A stretch of 64,000 nucleotides of DNA from Solirubrobacterales bacterium (GTDB lineage: Bacteria > Actinomycetota > Thermoleophilia > Solirubrobacterales > 70-9). Below, in pieces: positions 49,868-58,917 of this stretch (position 1 is its first letter; the number at the start of each line of letters is the position of its first letter). The position numbers and the translations under genes are program-made. Under the pieces are notes generated by a model that saw only the letters and a list, made by a program, of their open reading frames with translations, made no database searches and was not told where the DNA came from. The stretch is from positions 2,249-66,248 of the forward strand of contig JAJNAZ010000016.1 of NCBI GenBank assembly GCA_021155855.1, written 5' to 3'.

Positions 49868-52270
49868 GTGCTCGAGATCTACGCCTCCACAGCCCTGATC
49901 CTCGCCGCCTCGCTGCTGCTCGGCCGCGCGATCCTCGGGCTCTTGGGCTGGGACGGAGCCCACCCGCCCGCCGGCGACGGCGCCGTACGGCCCCCCGGCT
50001 CACCCGCGTGGCTCTCGGGCGCCATCGGGTTCGCGGCCCTGGTCGTGGTCGCTCCCTTCCTCGTCCGCCTGCCCGGCCGCGGGACCACCGCGGCGATCGT
50101 CATCGGCGCGCTCTGCGTGCTCGCCGCGGTGTCGATCGCGCGCGAGCGGCGCGATCGCGAGCGCGGGAGCGAGTGGCTCGTCGGCGTCGCCGCCGCCGCG
50201 ATCGTCGTCGGCCTGGCGACGCTTCCGTTCCTGTTCAACGAGCGGGTCGGCGTCCTCGGCGAGGGCATCTACACCAACGACCACGCGGCCCAGCTCTACT
50301 GGGCCGACTGGCTGCGCGACGCGCTCGGCCCCGAGCCGAGCGCGGTCCAGTTCGGCTATCCGATCGGCCCCCAGGCGGTGGCCGTGATCGCCGCCGAGGT
50401 GACTGGCACCTCAATGGTCAGCGCCTTCAACGGGCTGCTCCTGGCGATCCCGGCGCTGACCTCGCTCGCCGCCCTGGGTGCGCTCGGCGGCTTGCCACCG
50501 CTGCGCCGGATCGCCGTCGCGGCGATCTGCGGGCTGCCCTACCTCGCCGCCTCCTTCCTCGCCCAGAGCGCCTTCAAGGAGACCGCGATGGCGCTCTTCG
50601 TGCTCGCCTTCGCGATCGCGCTCGCCGGCCTGCCCGCGGCCCCGAAACGGGCCGTGGCCGGGATCGGCTTGATTCTCGCCGCCGCCAGCGTGTTCACCTT
50701 CTCGCTCCCGGGGCTCGCCTGGTTCGCGATCTCGGTGCCGATCTGGCTTGCGCTCGAGGCGCTCGCGGGCCGCAGCCCGGTCGACTGGGGCGCCGCCCGC
50801 GAGGCGCTCTCCCAGCACCGGCTCGCGACCGCGATCGGCGCCCTGGTCGTGATCGCGGTCGCCGTGGTCGCGATCGGCCCGGCGACCAGCTTCGTCGAGA
50901 AGGTCGACGACGTCCAGTTCTCGGCCGGGCGCCTGAGCTCGCCCGTGTCCTGGGGTGAGGCGTTCGGGATCTGGCCCGAGGGCGACTTCCGCATCGTCCG
51001 CACCGAGGTCGCCGGGTCGCCGCTGGCGCTCGCGCTCGGCGCGCTCGCGCTCGGCTTCGGCGCCTTCGCGCTCCTGCGCGGGCGACGGTTCGCGCTGCTG
51101 GCGATGCTCGTCACCGGGGCGATCGTCTACCTCGGCGCCCGCCTCGTCGCCGAGATCCACGTCGAGGCGAAGGCGCTCGCGGTGATCGCCCCCCTCGCTC
51201 TGCTGGTGGCCCTCCACCCGCTCCTCGCCGCTCCCACGAGCACCGAGCACCGAGCAACCACCATCGCCCGCTACGCATTCGGCACCCTGTTCCTCGCCGC
51301 CGCGATCATCTCCACCCTGCTCGCCCTCCGCGCGGCGCCGGTCGGCTTCGACGACCGCCAGGCCGGGCTCGAGGTGCTCGCCGAGCGGATCGAGGGCGAG
51401 CCGGTCGTCTTCCTCGGCGTCGACCGCTTCTCCGCCCACCACCTGCGCGACACCCTGATGCGCGCCCCGGCGGGCTACGTGCCCGAGGAGATCGAATCGC
51501 GGCCCGAGAAGCGCTGGCAGCAGGGCGATGCGGTCGACTTCGACAGCCTCGAGCCGGGCAAGCTGGACAAGTTCCGCTACGCGATCACCACCGACGCCGC
51601 CTACGCCTCGACCCCACCCTCGAACTTCGAGCCGTTGGTGCGCTCGGCCGACTACGTGCTCTGGGAGCGCCGCGGCGAGACGCCGCGCAGCCGCGTGGTC
51701 GAGGGCGAGGACGGCGAGATCGGGGCGCTGCTCGATTGCGCCGGCCGCCTGGGTCGGCGTGACGGGACGGCCACGGTGATCGACGGGACCGAGCGCGTGT
51801 CGTTCACGGACTGGCAGCTCCCCGGCCGGGTGGAGGACGCCGCCGCCGGCCAGGAGCGTGCCTTCGCCGCGCCCGGCGACGCCTCGGTGCAGATCCATCT
51901 CTCCAAGGCCAGGCCGTATGAGCTCTCACTCCAATACCACTCCCAGGTTCCCCTCAAGGTACTCGTCGACGGCGACCCGGTCGCGGAGTTGCCGCCGTCG
52001 CTCGACGGGATGTACCTCGACGGCGCGGGGCGCGGCGCCTTCTGGCCGGCCGGAACCGTTGACCGCGACCAGCCCGGCTTGATCGAGGTCGTTGTGCGCG
52101 CCGCCGAACCGAGCGGCCTGCAGCGGGCAGTGGGGGTCGAGCGAAGGGTGTGGCTCGGGGACATCGCCGCCACCCCGAGCACGCGGCCCGTGGTCGACGT
52201 GGTGCTCGCGCGAGCCTGCGTCCAGTACGTCGACCACTTCACCCTCGATCGCCGCGGGGAGAACCGATGA
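49868..52270 (+). CDS. Large polytopic membrane protein, GT-C-like/polymerase-like, with a ~300-aa soluble C-terminal domain
   Basis: 800 aa with about 12-14 hydrophobic segments and the loop motif GIYTNDHAAQLYWADW. The C-terminal third is hydrophilic and looks beta-rich. GTG start 8 nt after the previous stop. Confidence 0.5.
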   Translation: MLEIYASTALILAASLLLGRAILGLLGWDGAHPPAGDGAVRPPGSPAWLSGAIGFAALVVVAPFLVRLPGRGTTAAIVIGALCVLAAVSIARERRDRERGSEWLVGVAAAAIVVGLATLPFLFNERVGVLGEGIYTNDHAAQLYWADWLRDALGPEPSAVQFGYPIGPQAVAVIAAEVTGTSMVSAFNGLLLAIPALTSLAALGALGGLPPLRRIAVAAICGLPYLAASFLAQSAFKETAMALFVLAFAIALAGLPAAPKRAVAGIGLILAAASVFTFSLPGLAWFAISVPIWLALEALAGRSPVDWGAAREALSQHRLATAIGALVVIAVAVVAIGPATSFVEKVDDVQFSAGRLSSPVSWGEAFGIWPEGDFRIVRTEVAGSPLALALGALALGFGAFALLRGRRFALLAMLVTGAIVYLGARLVAEIHVEAKALAVIAPLALLVALHPLLAAPTSTEHRATTIARYAFGTLFLAAAIISTLLALRAAPVGFDDRQAGLEVLAERIEGEPVVFLGVDRFSAHHLRDTLMRAPAGYVPEEIESRPEKRWQQGDAVDFDSLEPGKLDKFRYAITTDAAYASTPPSNFEPLVRSADYVLWERRGETPRSRVVEGEDGEIGALLDCAGRLGRRDGTATVIDGTERVSFTDWQLPGRVEDAAAGQERAFAAPGDASVQIHLSKARPYELSLQYHSQVPLKVLVDGDPVAELPPSLDGMYLDGAGRGAFWPAGTVDRDQPGLIEVVVRAAEPSGLQRAVGVERRVWLGDIAATPSTRPVVDVVLARACVQYVDHFTLDRRGENR

Positions 52271-53283
52271 AGGAGTTTCCGAGCCCCGCCGAGGCGCCAT
52301 CGCCCGTGCTCGGTGGAGGCGAGATCGACCGGGCCCCGGAGGTCCCCGGGATCGTCTTCATCGGCGGCACCGGTCGCAGCGGCACCCACGTGCTCGCGCA
52401 GCTGCTCTCCCGCCATGCGCGGTTCGGACTCGTCCCGGTCGAGGTCCGCTTCCACACCGATCCCGAGGGCTTTCCGGGGCTGCTCGCCGGCGAGGTGACG
52501 CCGCAGCAGTTCGTCAGGCGCCTGCGCGGCTTCTGGTGGCGCGGCTTTCAGACCAGCCGCATGCGCGGCATGTACCGGTTCGTCGATCGCGAGCGCTTCG
52601 AGGCCGCGGTCGGGCGCTTCGAGGCCGACCACGGCGACGACCTCGAGCGCGCCTGCCGCAACCTGTTCTTCGACCTGCTTTGGTTTCGCGCCACCGAGGG
52701 CGAGAAGGCCGAGGAGGGTGAGGCGCTGATCGAGCAGAGCACCGACAACATCGCCGCGGCGCCGACCCTCGCCCGCCTATTTGGAGAGGCGCGCTTCATC
52801 CACGTCGTCCGCGACGGCCGCGACGCCTCCGCCTCGCGGGTCGCGCAGACGCGCGGTCTGATCCGGCCGCGCACCCGGGCTCAGGGGATCGAGTGGTGGG
52901 AGGAGCGGATGCGCGCGATCGAATCCGGCGCCGAGGCGGTCCCGCCCGCGCGGCTGCTGACGATGAGCCTCGACGAGCTGTTGCTGATGCCGCGTGCGCG
53001 CGCCGCCCTGCGGCCGATGTTCCGCTTCCTCGGCGTGCCGGTGACCAAGCGCACCCGCCGCTACTTCCGCAACCGGATGACCACCGAGGAGGCCAACGTC
53101 GCCCGCTGGCGGCGCGGGATCTCGGCGCGCAAGGCGGAGCGGATCGAGGCGCTCTATGAGGCCGCGCTGGAGCGGCTCGAGGCCGACGGCGCCCGCGGGG
53201 CGCCGCTTCTGCGGCGCAGCTTCGAGCGCCGCGGCGGCCCGGTCGAGCCGCTGGTCTACGTCTACGATCGAGGGTCGCGATGA
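52267..53283 (+). CDS. Sulfotransferase family protein (Sulfotransfer_3-like), paralog 1
   Basis: PAPS 5'-phosphosulfate loop IVFIGGTGRSGTHVLAQLL and 3'-phosphate motif FIHVVRDGRDASASRV. ATGA overlap with the upstream gene. Confidence 0.75.
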   Translation: MKEFPSPAEAPSPVLGGGEIDRAPEVPGIVFIGGTGRSGTHVLAQLLSRHARFGLVPVEVRFHTDPEGFPGLLAGEVTPQQFVRRLRGFWWRGFQTSRMRGMYRFVDRERFEAAVGRFEADHGDDLERACRNLFFDLLWFRATEGEKAEEGEALIEQSTDNIAAAPTLARLFGEARFIHVVRDGRDASASRVAQTRGLIRPRTRAQGIEWWEERMRAIESGAEAVPPARLLTMSLDELLLMPRARAALRPMFRFLGVPVTKRTRRYFRNRMTTEEANVARWRRGISARKAERIEALYEAALERLEADGARGAPLLRRSFERRGGPVEPLVYVYDRGSR

Positions 53284-54257
53284 GCGCGTCAACCGAGAGC
53301 CCCGCGGACCTCGTCTTCGTCGGCGGCACGGGCCGCAGCGGCACCCACATCGTCTCCTACCTGCTCGACCGCCACTCGCGCTTTCACGGCGTGCCGATCG
53401 AGTGCCGCTTCCACTGCAACCCGAAGGGCCTCGCCGACCTCGTCCAGGGGCGCACCGATCCGGATGACTTCCTGCGCAAGCTGCGCGGCTACTGGTGGCA
53501 TCGGGTGCGGATCGGCGAGCGCGCCTACGTGAAGGCGAGGTGGCGCGCGCTCGGGCGCGGCCGGGTGCGCGGCCTGCACACGATCGTCGACCGCGAGGCC
53601 TTCGCCGCCGCCGCCGACCGCTTCGAGCGCACCCACGGCGACGACCTGCTCGCCGCCTCGCGGACGCTCTTCTACGACCTGCTCGGACCGCTCGCCGAGC
53701 GGGCCGGCAAGCCCGTCCTGGTCGAGATGAGCTGCTTCACGATCGCCGCCGCCGACGGGCTCGCGCGGATCTTCCCCGAGGCGCGCTTCGTGCACTCGGT
53801 CCGCGACGGCCGCGACTCCGGCTCCTCGAAGGTGTCGCTGCGCCAGAAGCCGCACCACCCGATCGATGTCAGCTCGGGGATCGAGTTCTGGGCCGACCGG
53901 CTGCGCCAGGCCGAGCGGGGGGTGCGGGGGATGGAGGCCGCCGACCGCGAGCGTCTGCGGGTGATCAGCCTCGACGAGCTGGTCTGGAGCGATCGCGACC
54001 GCGCCTACGCCGAGCTCTGCGAGTTCCTCGGGGTCGCCGACGAGCCCGCGATGCGAGCGTTCTTCGACGCCGAGATGAGCGCCGACGCCGCCCACCGCGA
54101 GCGCTGGCGCAAGGGGCTCACGGACGCCGAGCAGGCGGAGATCGTGCGTCTCTACGAGGCGGCGCTGGAGCGGCTCGAGGGCGAGGATTACCACTGCGCG
54201 CCGGTGCTGCGCCGCTCGTATGAGCGCGAGCGGGCGATGGCGGCGCACGAGGCTTGA
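53280..54257 (+). CDS. Sulfotransferase family protein (Sulfotransfer_3-like), paralog 2
   Basis: LVFVGGTGRSGTHIVSYLL and FVHSVRDGRDSGSSKV. Colinear with paralog 1 (RKLRGYWWHRV versus RRLRGFWWRGF). ATGA overlap. Confidence 0.75.
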   Translation: MSASTESPADLVFVGGTGRSGTHIVSYLLDRHSRFHGVPIECRFHCNPKGLADLVQGRTDPDDFLRKLRGYWWHRVRIGERAYVKARWRALGRGRVRGLHTIVDREAFAAAADRFERTHGDDLLAASRTLFYDLLGPLAERAGKPVLVEMSCFTIAAADGLARIFPEARFVHSVRDGRDSGSSKVSLRQKPHHPIDVSSGIEFWADRLRQAERGVRGMEAADRERLRVISLDELVWSDRDRAYAELCEFLGVADEPAMRAFFDAEMSADAAHRERWRKGLTDAEQAEIVRLYEAALERLEGEDYHCAPVLRRSYERERAMAAHEA

Positions 54258-55891
54258 GCGCCCGCGGCGCGGCGACCCGCGCGCCCGGCCGCATCCTGTT
54301 CACGACCTCGAACGGCACCGGGCTCGGTCACCTGACCCGGTCGATGGCGATCGCGCGCCGGCTCGGGTCCGAGCTCGAGCCGCTCTTCCTCACCCTCTCG
54401 GCGGCGGCGCCGGTGGTCCGCGAGATGGGCTTTCCGGTCGAGTACGTCGCCTCCTACGCGACCCCGGGATCGGGCAACGACTATCGCTGGTCGCGTCGCC
54501 TGCGGGCCCGCCTGCGGGCGGTGATCGCCGAGGCCGAACCGGCGGTGATCGTCTTCGACGGCACCCATCCCTACGAGGCGCTGCTCGGCGCCCTGCCGCC
54601 GTCGGCGGTCGCGGTCTGGTGCCGGCGCCCGCTCTGGAAGGCGGGCTCGAGCCGCGTGCCCCTGGGCCGCGCCGGGGCCTTCGACGCGGTGCTCGAGCCG
54701 GGCGAGCTGGCGGAGTCCGAGGATCGCGGGCCGACGGTGGCGCTGCGCGACCGCGCCCACCGGGTCGAGCCGATCGTGCTCTTGGACCGCGCCGAGCTGC
54801 TGCCGCGGGCCGAGGCCGAGGCGGAGCTCGGGCTCGAGCCGGGGCGCACCAACGTGCTCGTCTCCCTCGGCCAAGGGGCGGAGGTGCGCGAGGCGACCCG
54901 GCGCTGCCTGCGCCGGCTCGCCGGCCGCGACGACGTCCAGGTCGCGGCGCTTTCCTCCACGATCGCCGCCGCCGAGCCATCCAATGGCGACTTAGTCGCG
55001 CATGGCGCGACAAACCCGCCAACCCTCGGCGAACGCGCGGCCGGTCTCGTCGACCTGAGGGCCACCTATCCCATGAGCCGCTACTTCAATGCCTTCGACG
55101 CCGCCGTCGCTGCTGCCGGCTACAACGCCTTCCACGAGCTGATCGCGCTCGGCGTCCCCGCGCTCTACGTGCCGATCCACCGCGAGACCGACGACCAGGA
55201 GGGTCGGGCTCGCCACGCCGAACGCGCCGGCGTCGGGCTCGCCATCGAGGGGCCCGCGGACCCGCGGCTCGAGGCACAGCTCGACCGGCTGCTCGAACCC
55301 GGCGAGCGCGACGCGATCGCGACCCGGCTCGCCGCCCTGCCCGCGCCGAGCGGCGCCGCCGAGGCGGCCCGCTGGCTCACCGAGCTCGCGGCGGCGGCCA
55401 CGGCGCCCGCCCCCGCGGGCGCGAGCGTCGACTCAGGTGCCGGAGAGGGAAGCCAGTCGACGCTCGGTGCCGGCAACAGGCGGGCCGGCTCGGCGCGGGA
55501 GTTTCGACGCCGCTGGGGGCAGTTCTTCGCCAGCGCTCCCCGGACCGTGGTCCGGCTCACGCGCCAGCAGCTGACCCAGCCGCGGGTGCGGACGGTGGTG
55601 CTCGCGGTCGGGATCGCCGATGAGGAGATCGCCGCCGCGGTGCGCGCCGCGATCGCCGAGGCGGGCGAGGATCCCGAGCGCACTTTGGTGGTCACCGACT
55701 CGCTCGCGCTTGCGCCGCTGCGCGAGCTCGGGGTCGGGGTCGAGCACGTCCCGGCGCGCGGCGAGCGCCAGCCGCGGCTCGCCGGCGGCCCGTACGAGGG
55801 CTTCCTCCGCGGCCGTCTGGAGCTGATCCTCGCCGAGCGTGCCAAGCCGCGGCGGGTGGTCGTGGCGCCGGGAGGGGCTCCGCTACCCTGA
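54254..55891 (+). CDS. GT-B glycosyltransferase (GT28/MurG-C-like) with a ~170-aa C-terminal extension
   Basis: N-terminus RILFTTSNGTGLGHLTRSMAIARRL. C-terminal donor-binding region FDAAVAAAGYNAFHELIALGVPALYVPIHRETDDQEGRARHAERAGVG. TTG start overlapping the previous stop. Confidence 0.7.
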   Translation: MSARGAATRAPGRILFTTSNGTGLGHLTRSMAIARRLGSELEPLFLTLSAAAPVVREMGFPVEYVASYATPGSGNDYRWSRRLRARLRAVIAEAEPAVIVFDGTHPYEALLGALPPSAVAVWCRRPLWKAGSSRVPLGRAGAFDAVLEPGELAESEDRGPTVALRDRAHRVEPIVLLDRAELLPRAEAEAELGLEPGRTNVLVSLGQGAEVREATRRCLRRLAGRDDVQVAALSSTIAAAEPSNGDLVAHGATNPPTLGERAAGLVDLRATYPMSRYFNAFDAAVAAAGYNAFHELIALGVPALYVPIHRETDDQEGRARHAERAGVGLAIEGPADPRLEAQLDRLLEPGERDAIATRLAALPAPSGAAEAARWLTELAAAATAPAPAGASVDSGAGEGSQSTLGAGNRRAGSAREFRRRWGQFFASAPRTVVRLTRQQLTQPRVRTVVLAVGIADEEIAAAVRAAIAEAGEDPERTLVVTDSLALAPLRELGVGVEHVPARGERQPRLAGGPYEGFLRGRLELILAERAKPRRVVVAPGGAPLP

Positions 55892-55901
55892 GGGCGCGTC
55901 G

Positions 55902-56819
55902 ATGGAGGCCTCCACACCCGTAAAGCCGCTCGGCGAAGCGGCGCCGGGCGACGACCAGCGCGCCGCTGCCGCCCCCGCGCCCGGGGCGCTGCCGAACCTG
56001 ATCGTGATCGGGGCGCAGAAGTGCGGGACCAGCGTCCTGCACTACTACCTCAGCCTCCATCCCGAGGTCTCGATGTCGAAGCCCAAGGAGCTCAACTTCT
56101 TCATCGAGGAGCGGAACTGGCCGCGGGGCCTGGACTGGTATCGCGGCCACTTCGATCCCGAGGCCCGTGTGCGCGGCGAGGCCTCGCCCAACTACTCCGC
56201 CTTCCCTCAGCACCAGGGCGTCCCCGAGCGCATGCACTCGGTGGTTCCCGACGCGAAGCTGATCTACATGATCCGCGACCCGCTCGAGCGGATCGCCGCG
56301 CACTGGGTCCACAACTACGCCAAGCGCCGCGAGAAGGGGACCCTCGCGGAGACGCTCACCCACCCGAACACCTCCTACGTCAACCGCTCCAAGTACGCGA
56401 TGCAGCTCGAGCGCTTTCTCGCCTTCTATCCGCGCGAGCGGGTGCTGGTCTTCCAGCAGTCCGAGCTGCGCCACCAGCGCATGGAGACGCTGCGCCGGAT
56501 CTTCGATTTCATCGGCGTCGACCCGGACTTCACCCATCCGCGGTTCGAGCAGGAGCGCCACCAGACCTCGCGCAAGACCCGTGCGACCCGGCTCGCGATG
56601 CGGTTGGAGAAGCTCGGGCGTTCGAGCCGCGCCCGGCTGCTGCCGTCGAGCTTCTGGCTCGTGCTCGACGACCGCCTGCCGCTGCGACGGACGATCAAGC
56701 GCCCCGACGTGCGCGCCTCGCTGCCCCCAGAGACGCTCGCCGAGCTGCGCGCCGACGGCGAGCGGCTGCGCGAGCTCACCGGACGCGACTTCTCCAACTG
56801 GACGATCTGGGACGGCTAG
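55902..56819 (+). CDS. Sulfotransferase (Sulfotransfer_1-like, carbohydrate/heparan-type)
   Basis: 5'-PSB loop PNLIVIGAQKCGTSVLHYYL and 3'-PB LIYMIRDPLERIAAHW. A different family from the two upstream sulfotransferases. Confidence 0.8.
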   Translation: MEASTPVKPLGEAAPGDDQRAAAAPAPGALPNLIVIGAQKCGTSVLHYYLSLHPEVSMSKPKELNFFIEERNWPRGLDWYRGHFDPEARVRGEASPNYSAFPQHQGVPERMHSVVPDAKLIYMIRDPLERIAAHWVHNYAKRREKGTLAETLTHPNTSYVNRSKYAMQLERFLAFYPRERVLVFQQSELRHQRMETLRRIFDFIGVDPDFTHPRFEQERHQTSRKTRATRLAMRLEKLGRSSRARLLPSSFWLVLDDRLPLRRTIKRPDVRASLPPETLAELRADGERLRELTGRDFSNWTIWDG

Positions 56820-56862
56820 CTCCGCGGCTCGGCCGCGGCCCGCTCTAGGCTCGGTGGCGGCC

Positions 56863-58869
56863 ATGCCCAAGCGACGGCGACAAGAGCAGCAGCACGACCA
56901 CCCCGGCGGCTCCGGGGCGATCCTCGGCGTGCGGGTGCTGCGCTACTCCGGCGTCCAGGGGACGACGCTGGTGCTCAGCAACCTGATCCAGCTCGTCTCG
57001 GTGATGGTGGTCGCCGCCTACCTCGGGCCGAGCGAGATGGGTCGCTTCGCCCTGCTTTTGTTCCTCGCCGGGCTGGTCACCCAGCTGCTCTCGCTGCTGG
57101 TGAAGCCGGGGACGATCCGGCGCACCTTCGGCGGCGGCGACGACGAGGACGACGAGGACGAGGACGACGAGGCGGTCTCGAGCACGCCGCAGCGCACGCT
57201 TGGCACCGGGCTCGCCTGGGCGGCGGCGCTGGGGGCGCTCGGCACCGCCGTGGTGGTGATCCTGCGCGAGCCGATCGCCGAGCTTCTCCTCGGCGATCCC
57301 GACGACGGCATCCTGGTCGTCTGGGCCGCCGTCCTGGCCGGCTTCTGGCTCGTGTTCAAGCTCGCCGACATCGTGCTCTGGCTCGAGCGCCGCCCGGGCG
57401 CCTTCGTCGTCTCGGACACGACCCGCCCGGTGCTCGGCCTCGCCGCGCTCGTCGCCCTGCTCTCCGCCGGCGCCGGCCTCGAGGGCGCGATCGCCGCGAC
57501 CGCGATCGGCACCGCCGTCGCCGCGGTGGTCGCGGTGGTCCTGCTGCTGGGCAGCTTCGAGCCCTCGTTCGACTTCGGCGAGATTCGCCAGATCATCGTC
57601 AGGGGCGGCCACCGGGCGCCGATCGTGAGCTCGTTCTGGATCGTCCAGAACGCCGACGTGTTCATCCTCTCGCGGATCGTCAGCGACACCGACCTCGGCA
57701 TCTACGCGCTCGCCTCGCGCCTCGGCTTCGTCGTCTCCTTCCTCCCCCAGGGCTTCCGCGTCGCGATGCGCCCGCTGCGCAAGTCGGCGGCCTTCAAGGC
57801 GGTCGGCGACCAGTACGGCAGGAGCACCGTCCAGGGCCAGCTGCTTGGCTACTTCGCGGTGCTCTGCATCTTCGCCGTCCTGGCGATGGTGCTCGGCGGC
57901 AAGGTGCTGGTCGACATCGCCCCGTCCTCTTACGCCGACGCCGCCGGGCTGATCCCGTTCACCGCGGCCGCGTTCGTGATGCCGTCGATATACCGGACCG
58001 TGAACCAGAACGTCAATCTCTCCCACAAGCGGGCGCTGTTCATCGCCGGCTGCGTCGGCGCGGCGCTCGCCTTCATCGGCCTGACGGTGGTGCTCGCGCC
58101 CGAGATCGGCACCTACGCGGCCCCGATCGGGATGCTGGTCGGCTTCGGCATCCCCTCGCTGCTGATGTTCGCCCGCAACCAGACCGGCGCCAAGCCGATC
58201 GATTTCCCCTACCGCGCGGTCGGCGTCGCGCTGCTGCTCGCCGCGGCGATCGCGGCCGGCTTCCAGCTGCTCGAGCTGAGCGCGCTGGTCGAGCTCGTGC
58301 TCGCGGTCGTGCTGCTCGGCCTGTTCCTGGTCGCCCTCGTCCCTCTGGGCGTGATCCCCCGCTACCACCGCGGCCCGCTGCTGCACACGGTGCGCTCGCT
58401 GGGGCGCGGCACCCCGGCGAACTTCCGGGCCCGCCGCGGGCTGCGGGCGCTGGAGCCGGGTGAGCGCGAGGAGCTGCGGATCGCGGTGATCGCCGGGCTG
58501 CCGGCGGTGCGCCTCGCCCCGGAGGCGGGGGAGGGGTTGCGGCTGGTCGGCTTTCTGCGCCGGGTCGGCGAGCGCGGCGGGATCCCGGTCGGCCGGCCCT
58601 CGGCGCTCGACGCCGAGCTCGCGGTGTACCTGTTCGAGGACACGGCCCAGGCGGTACGCGACGCGAGCATGCGCCGGCTGCTCTCGGCGGGCGCCGAATC
58701 GAACGACCTGCGGGCGCTCGAGGACCTGGTCACCTACCTGGCGCGGGTTCCCGACGACGGCTGGGAGGGCCGGCCCGCGGCCGAGCGCGGGACCACCTTG
58801 CCCGGGGTCGAGCGGCGCCGCCGCGCGCAACGTCGGCGGGCCCTGCGCCGGGCGCAGGGACGCCGCTAG
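56863..58869 (+). CDS. Polysaccharide biosynthesis protein / Wzx-like flippase (MOP superfamily) with a cytoplasmic C-terminal extension
   Basis: About 12-14 TM segments with an N-terminal region typical of oligosaccharide flippases (LSNLIQLVSVMVVAAYLGPSEMGRFALLLFLAG). An unusual DDEDDEDEDDE insert follows TM2. A ~170-aa Arg-rich soluble tail is present. Start is ATG 56863. Confidence 0.65.
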   Translation: MPKRRRQEQQHDHPGGSGAILGVRVLRYSGVQGTTLVLSNLIQLVSVMVVAAYLGPSEMGRFALLLFLAGLVTQLLSLLVKPGTIRRTFGGGDDEDDEDEDDEAVSSTPQRTLGTGLAWAAALGALGTAVVVILREPIAELLLGDPDDGILVVWAAVLAGFWLVFKLADIVLWLERRPGAFVVSDTTRPVLGLAALVALLSAGAGLEGAIAATAIGTAVAAVVAVVLLLGSFEPSFDFGEIRQIIVRGGHRAPIVSSFWIVQNADVFILSRIVSDTDLGIYALASRLGFVVSFLPQGFRVAMRPLRKSAAFKAVGDQYGRSTVQGQLLGYFAVLCIFAVLAMVLGGKVLVDIAPSSYADAAGLIPFTAAAFVMPSIYRTVNQNVNLSHKRALFIAGCVGAALAFIGLTVVLAPEIGTYAAPIGMLVGFGIPSLLMFARNQTGAKPIDFPYRAVGVALLLAAAIAAGFQLLELSALVELVLAVVLLGLFLVALVPLGVIPRYHRGPLLHTVRSLGRGTPANFRARRGLRALEPGEREELRIAVIAGLPAVRLAPEAGEGLRLVGFLRRVGERGGIPVGRPSALDAELAVYLFEDTAQAVRDASMRRLLSAGAESNDLRALEDLVTYLARVPDDGWEGRPAAERGTTLPGVERRRRAQRRRALRRAQGRR

Positions 58870-58917
58870 CCGCCCGGGCCCGGGCGTTTCGGGCGGGTGC
58901 GTCGGCGAACGCTTCGG

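Noticed and set aside
58870-58917. GC-rich palindrome cgcccgggcccgggcg followed by tttcggg between the convergent flippase and 58918 genes, as a bidirectional terminator. Similar U-tract-less hairpins lie after prs (28737-28757) and after mce6 (15486-15502).
   Set aside because: The stems are short or the loops too tight, and no proper T-tract follows. Plausible, but not supportable without transcript 3'-end data.
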